Of a stretch of DNA of 50,214 nucleotides, positions 47,534 through 50,214 are shown piece after piece; positions within the stretch are counted from its first letter, which is position 1, and each line of letters begins with the position of its first letter. A program made the position numbers and the translations under genes. The DNA is taken from positions 1-50,214 of the forward strand of contig JBFFQS010000001.1 of assembly GCA_041573315.1 (NCBI GenBank), read 5' to 3'. The DNA is from Amylibacter sp. (GTDB taxonomy: Bacteria > Pseudomonadota > Alphaproteobacteria > Rhodobacterales > Rhodobacteraceae). The notes beneath the pieces are model-generated. The model had not been told where the DNA came from. It ran no database searches and saw only the letters and a program-made list of their open reading frames with translations.

Positions 47534-50196
47534 GCGGACGAGCTGTCCGACAGTTCTTTCAATTCATATATCAGCGCCAGCGCTTCACGCGGGGTCAGCT
47601 CATCCGGAAAGACCGATACCATGCGCGCCTGAACCTCGGACGGCTTCATCCGGCGTGTTGGCGCGGGCGCGGCCTTGGCGTTGAACAGGGGCAGCTCGTC
47701 CAGCAGGTCTTCTGCCTTTCCGGCGCCTTCGCGGTCGCCTTTTTCCAAAGCTTCCAGAACAACGCGGGCGCGATCCGTCACTGACTGCGGCAGGCCCGCA
47801 AGGCGTGCGACCTGCACGCCATAGGAGCAGTCTGCCGCCCCGGCGATGACCTCATGCAGAAAGATGATTTCCCCATCCCACTCACGAACCGAAACGGTGG
47901 CGTTCGTCAGGCCCGACAGTTTCGAAGACAGGCCGGTCAGCTCGTGGTAGTGGGTTGCGAACAGGGTGCGGCAGGTATTGACGTCGTGCAGGTGCTCCAA
48001 TGTGGCCCAAGCGATGGAAAGGCCATCATAGGTCGCCGTTCCGCGGCCGATCTCGTCGAGGATGACCAGTGCGCCCGGTCCCGCCTGATTCAGAATGGCC
48101 GCAGTCTCGACCATTTCCACCATGAATGTCGAGCGCCCGCGCGCCAGATCGTCCGACGCTCCGACGCGCGAAAACAGCTGTGTTACGACGCCGATCTCGG
48201 CGCTGTCGGCGGGCACGTAGCTGCCGGTCTGCGCAAGCAGCGCGATCAGGGCGTTCTGGCGCAGGAAGGTCGATTTACCCGCCATGTTCGGGCCGGTCAG
48301 CAGCCACAGAGGCTTGGCATCCTCACCGTCCTTGGACAGGTCGCAATCGTTGGCGACGAAACCGGAGCCGCCTTCACGTTTCAGGGCAGCCTCGACAACC
48401 GGGTGACGCCCGCCCTGAATATGGAACCTGTGGTCCGGCGACAACCTGGGACGGACCCAGCCTTCACCATTGGCCAGATCGGCAAAGGACGCGGCCAGAT
48501 CGATTTCGGCAAGCGCACGGGAGGCGGCACTGGTGCGCTCGGCCACCTCCAAAACCTGTGAAACCAGATCGGCGAAAATACCGGTCTCGATCGCCAATGC
48601 GCGTCCGCCCGCGTTGAGGATCTTGGTTTCCATCTCCGACAGTTCCACCGTCGTGAAACGCACCGCGTTCGCCGTGGTTTGGCGATGGATGAATGTATCG
48701 CTGTGGCTGTCGCCGAGCATGGTCTTGGCATGGGTCGCCGGTGTCTCGATGAAATAACCCAGCACGTTGTTATGCTTGATCTTCAGAGCGCTTATGCCGG
48801 TCTGCTTGATATAGCCCGCCTGCAGGCCGGAAATCACCTTGCGGCCCTCGTCGCGCAGCTGCCGCGCCTCATCCAGATCGGTGTCGTAGCCCTTGGCCAC
48901 GAAGCCGCCGTCCCGCGCCAGCAGCGGCGGTTCCGCGATGATGGCGCGTTGAAGCAAAGCGACCAGCGCGTCGTGACCGGTCAGAGCGGCCACCATTTCC
49001 GCCAATTTCTCCGGCAAATCCTCGCGCTGCAACAGCGTGGCGATCGCGCCGGCCTGCACCAGACCGTCGCGCAGGGCTGCCAGATCCCGCGGTCCGCCGC
49101 GTTCAAGCGACAGGCGCGACAGGGCGCGGTCGATGTCCGGTACCTGGCGCAGCAGCCCGCGCAGCTTTTCCCGGCGGCTGTCATCGGCGGCAAAGAACGC
49201 GACGCTGTCCAGACGCGCGTTCAGGGTGTCGATCCGGGTCGAGGGGTTTGTCAGGCGTTGCTCCAGCAACCGCGCGCCGGCGCCTGTGACCGTCCGGTCC
49301 ACACAGTGCAACAGCGACCCGGATCGTTCGCCCGACAGGCTGCGGGTCAGTTCCAGATTGCGCCGCGTCGCAGCGTCGATCTGCATCGCCGCCTGCTCGG
49401 CCTCTTGTTGCGGGGCGAGCAGCAAGGGCAACTTGCCGCGCTGGGTAATTTCCATATAGCTGACAATCGCGCCCAGCGCCGCCAGTTCGGCCCGGTTGAA
49501 CTGGCCGTAGCCGTCAAGCGATTTTACTTCGAACAGATCGCAGAGCTTCTGCTCTGCATTGGTGCTGTCGAAAGCCGAAGGCGACAGGGCTGTCGGCGCG
49601 GCGCCTGCCTCGTCGATCACCTCGTCAAGTTCATTGCCTGCGCGGTCGCTGATCAGTACTTCCTTTGGGGCGAGACGCGCGAGCAAATGGCCAAGGGCCA
49701 CGCGCGATGTCGGCTGCACGTGAAAATCGCCGGTCGACATATCCGCCCAGGCCAGCGCGCAGGTGTCGCGGACTTGGGCGAAAGCGCATAGGTAATTGTG
49801 GCGGCGCGCGTTCAGCAGACTGTCTTCGGTCAGGGTTCCGGGTGTTACCAGCCGTACTACACCCCGTTTCACGACGGATTTGGAGCCACGCTTCTTGGCC
49901 TCCGCCGGATCTTCGAGCTGTTCGCAGACGGCGACGCGAAACCCTTTTCGGATCAGCGTCAGCAGATAGTTTTCGGAGGAATGCACCGGTACGCCGCACA
50001 TCGGGATATCCTGCCCCAGATGCTTGCCGCGTTTGGTTAGCGCGATGTCCAGCGCCCCGGCTGCGGCCACGGCATCGTCAAAGAACATCTCGTAGAAATC
50101 GCCCATGCGATAGAACAGCAGGGCGTCGGGATACTCCGCCTTGATGTCCAGAAACTGCGCCATCATAGGCGTTATGCCGCCTTTGCCTGCTGTCAC
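47530..50196 (-). CDS. mutS: DNA mismatch repair protein MutS
   Basis: TPMMAQ, FYRMGDFYEMF, VTPGT, TGPNMAGKSTFLRQ, STFMVEM, DEIGRGT, FATHYHEL. Confidence 0.98.
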   Translation of the reverse strand: MTAGKGGITPMMAQFLDIKAEYPDALLFYRMGDFYEMFFDDAVAAAGALDIALTKRGKHLGQDIPMCGVPVHSSENYLLTLIRKGFRVAVCEQLEDPAEAKKRGSKSVVKRGVVRLVTPGTLTEDSLLNARRHNYLCAFAQVRDTCALAWADMSTGDFHVQPTSRVALGHLLARLAPKEVLISDRAGNELDEVIDEAGAAPTALSPSAFDSTNAEQKLCDLFEVKSLDGYGQFNRAELAALGAIVSYMEITQRGKLPLLLAPQQEAEQAAMQIDAATRRNLELTRSLSGERSGSLLHCVDRTVTGAGARLLEQRLTNPSTRIDTLNARLDSVAFFAADDSRREKLRGLLRQVPDIDRALSRLSLERGGPRDLAALRDGLVQAGAIATLLQREDLPEKLAEMVAALTGHDALVALLQRAIIAEPPLLARDGGFVAKGYDTDLDEARQLRDEGRKVISGLQAGYIKQTGISALKIKHNNVLGYFIETPATHAKTMLGDSHSDTFIHRQTTANAVRFTTVELSEMETKILNAGGRALAIETGIFADLVSQVLEVAERTSAASRALAEIDLAASFADLANGEGWVRPRLSPDHRFHIQGGRHPVVEAALKREGGSGFVANDCDLSKDGEDAKPLWLLTGPNMAGKSTFLRQNALIALLAQTGSYVPADSAEIGVVTQLFSRVGASDDLARGRSTFMVEMVETAAILNQAGPGALVILDEIGRGTATYDGLSIAWATLEHLHDVNTCRTLFATHYHELTGLSSKLSGLTNATVSVREWDGEIIFLHEVIAGAADCSYGVQVARLAGLPQSVTDRARVVLEALEKGDREGAGKAEDLLDELPLFNAKAAPAPTRRMKPSEVQARMVSVFPDELTPREALALIYELKELSDSSSA

Positions 50197-50214
50197 GCTC
50201 TACCCCTTGGTTCG

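Noticed and set aside
1-50214. CRISPR arrays, tRNA/rRNA genes, IS elements, prophage or a novel multi-gene defence system
   Set aside because: I saw no regularly spaced repeats, cloverleaf or rRNA signatures, or transposase/integrase motifs. Nearly all coding space is explained by known core genes.

Overview
GC-rich alphaproteobacterial chromosome segment with a Rhodobacteraceae-like gene set and order. It is almost entirely core genome and spans the likely replication origin, a ~470 bp non-coding gap between divergent maf and hemJ carrying DnaA boxes, GANTC sites and an AT-rich tract. Two perfect parS palindromes sit inside the 5' ends of mnmG and rsmG, just upstream of parAB. Gene content in order: partial methyltransferase, hemH, GFA-family gene, mutT-argJ-PPIase, secA, AT3-SGNH O-acyltransferase, radC, map, sfsA, cinA-like, GNAT, LysR, a Liv-type ABC transporter, rimP-nusA-ylxR-infB, hslVU, MFS, smr-mltA-tim44, fxsA-secB, dnaQ-coaE-aroE-maf, [oriC], hemJ-rho-mnmE-mnmG-rsmG-parA-parB, ybaN-hemW-rdgB-rph, hrcA-grpE, mutS. 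I saw no rRNA, tRNA, CRISPR array, IS, integrase or prophage, and I cannot support a new multi-gene system here. The best leads are small-scale: a cassette-like low-GC GFA gene with structured flanks, a ~40 aa insertion in SecA NBD2, a 21 bp all-A/T inverted repeat inside mnmE near parS, a CtrA-like box upstream of radC, and a composition dip across the parS/parAB region. Several start codons were moved from the ORF track using RBS and family N-termini. All product calls come from motif recognition by eye, not database searches.
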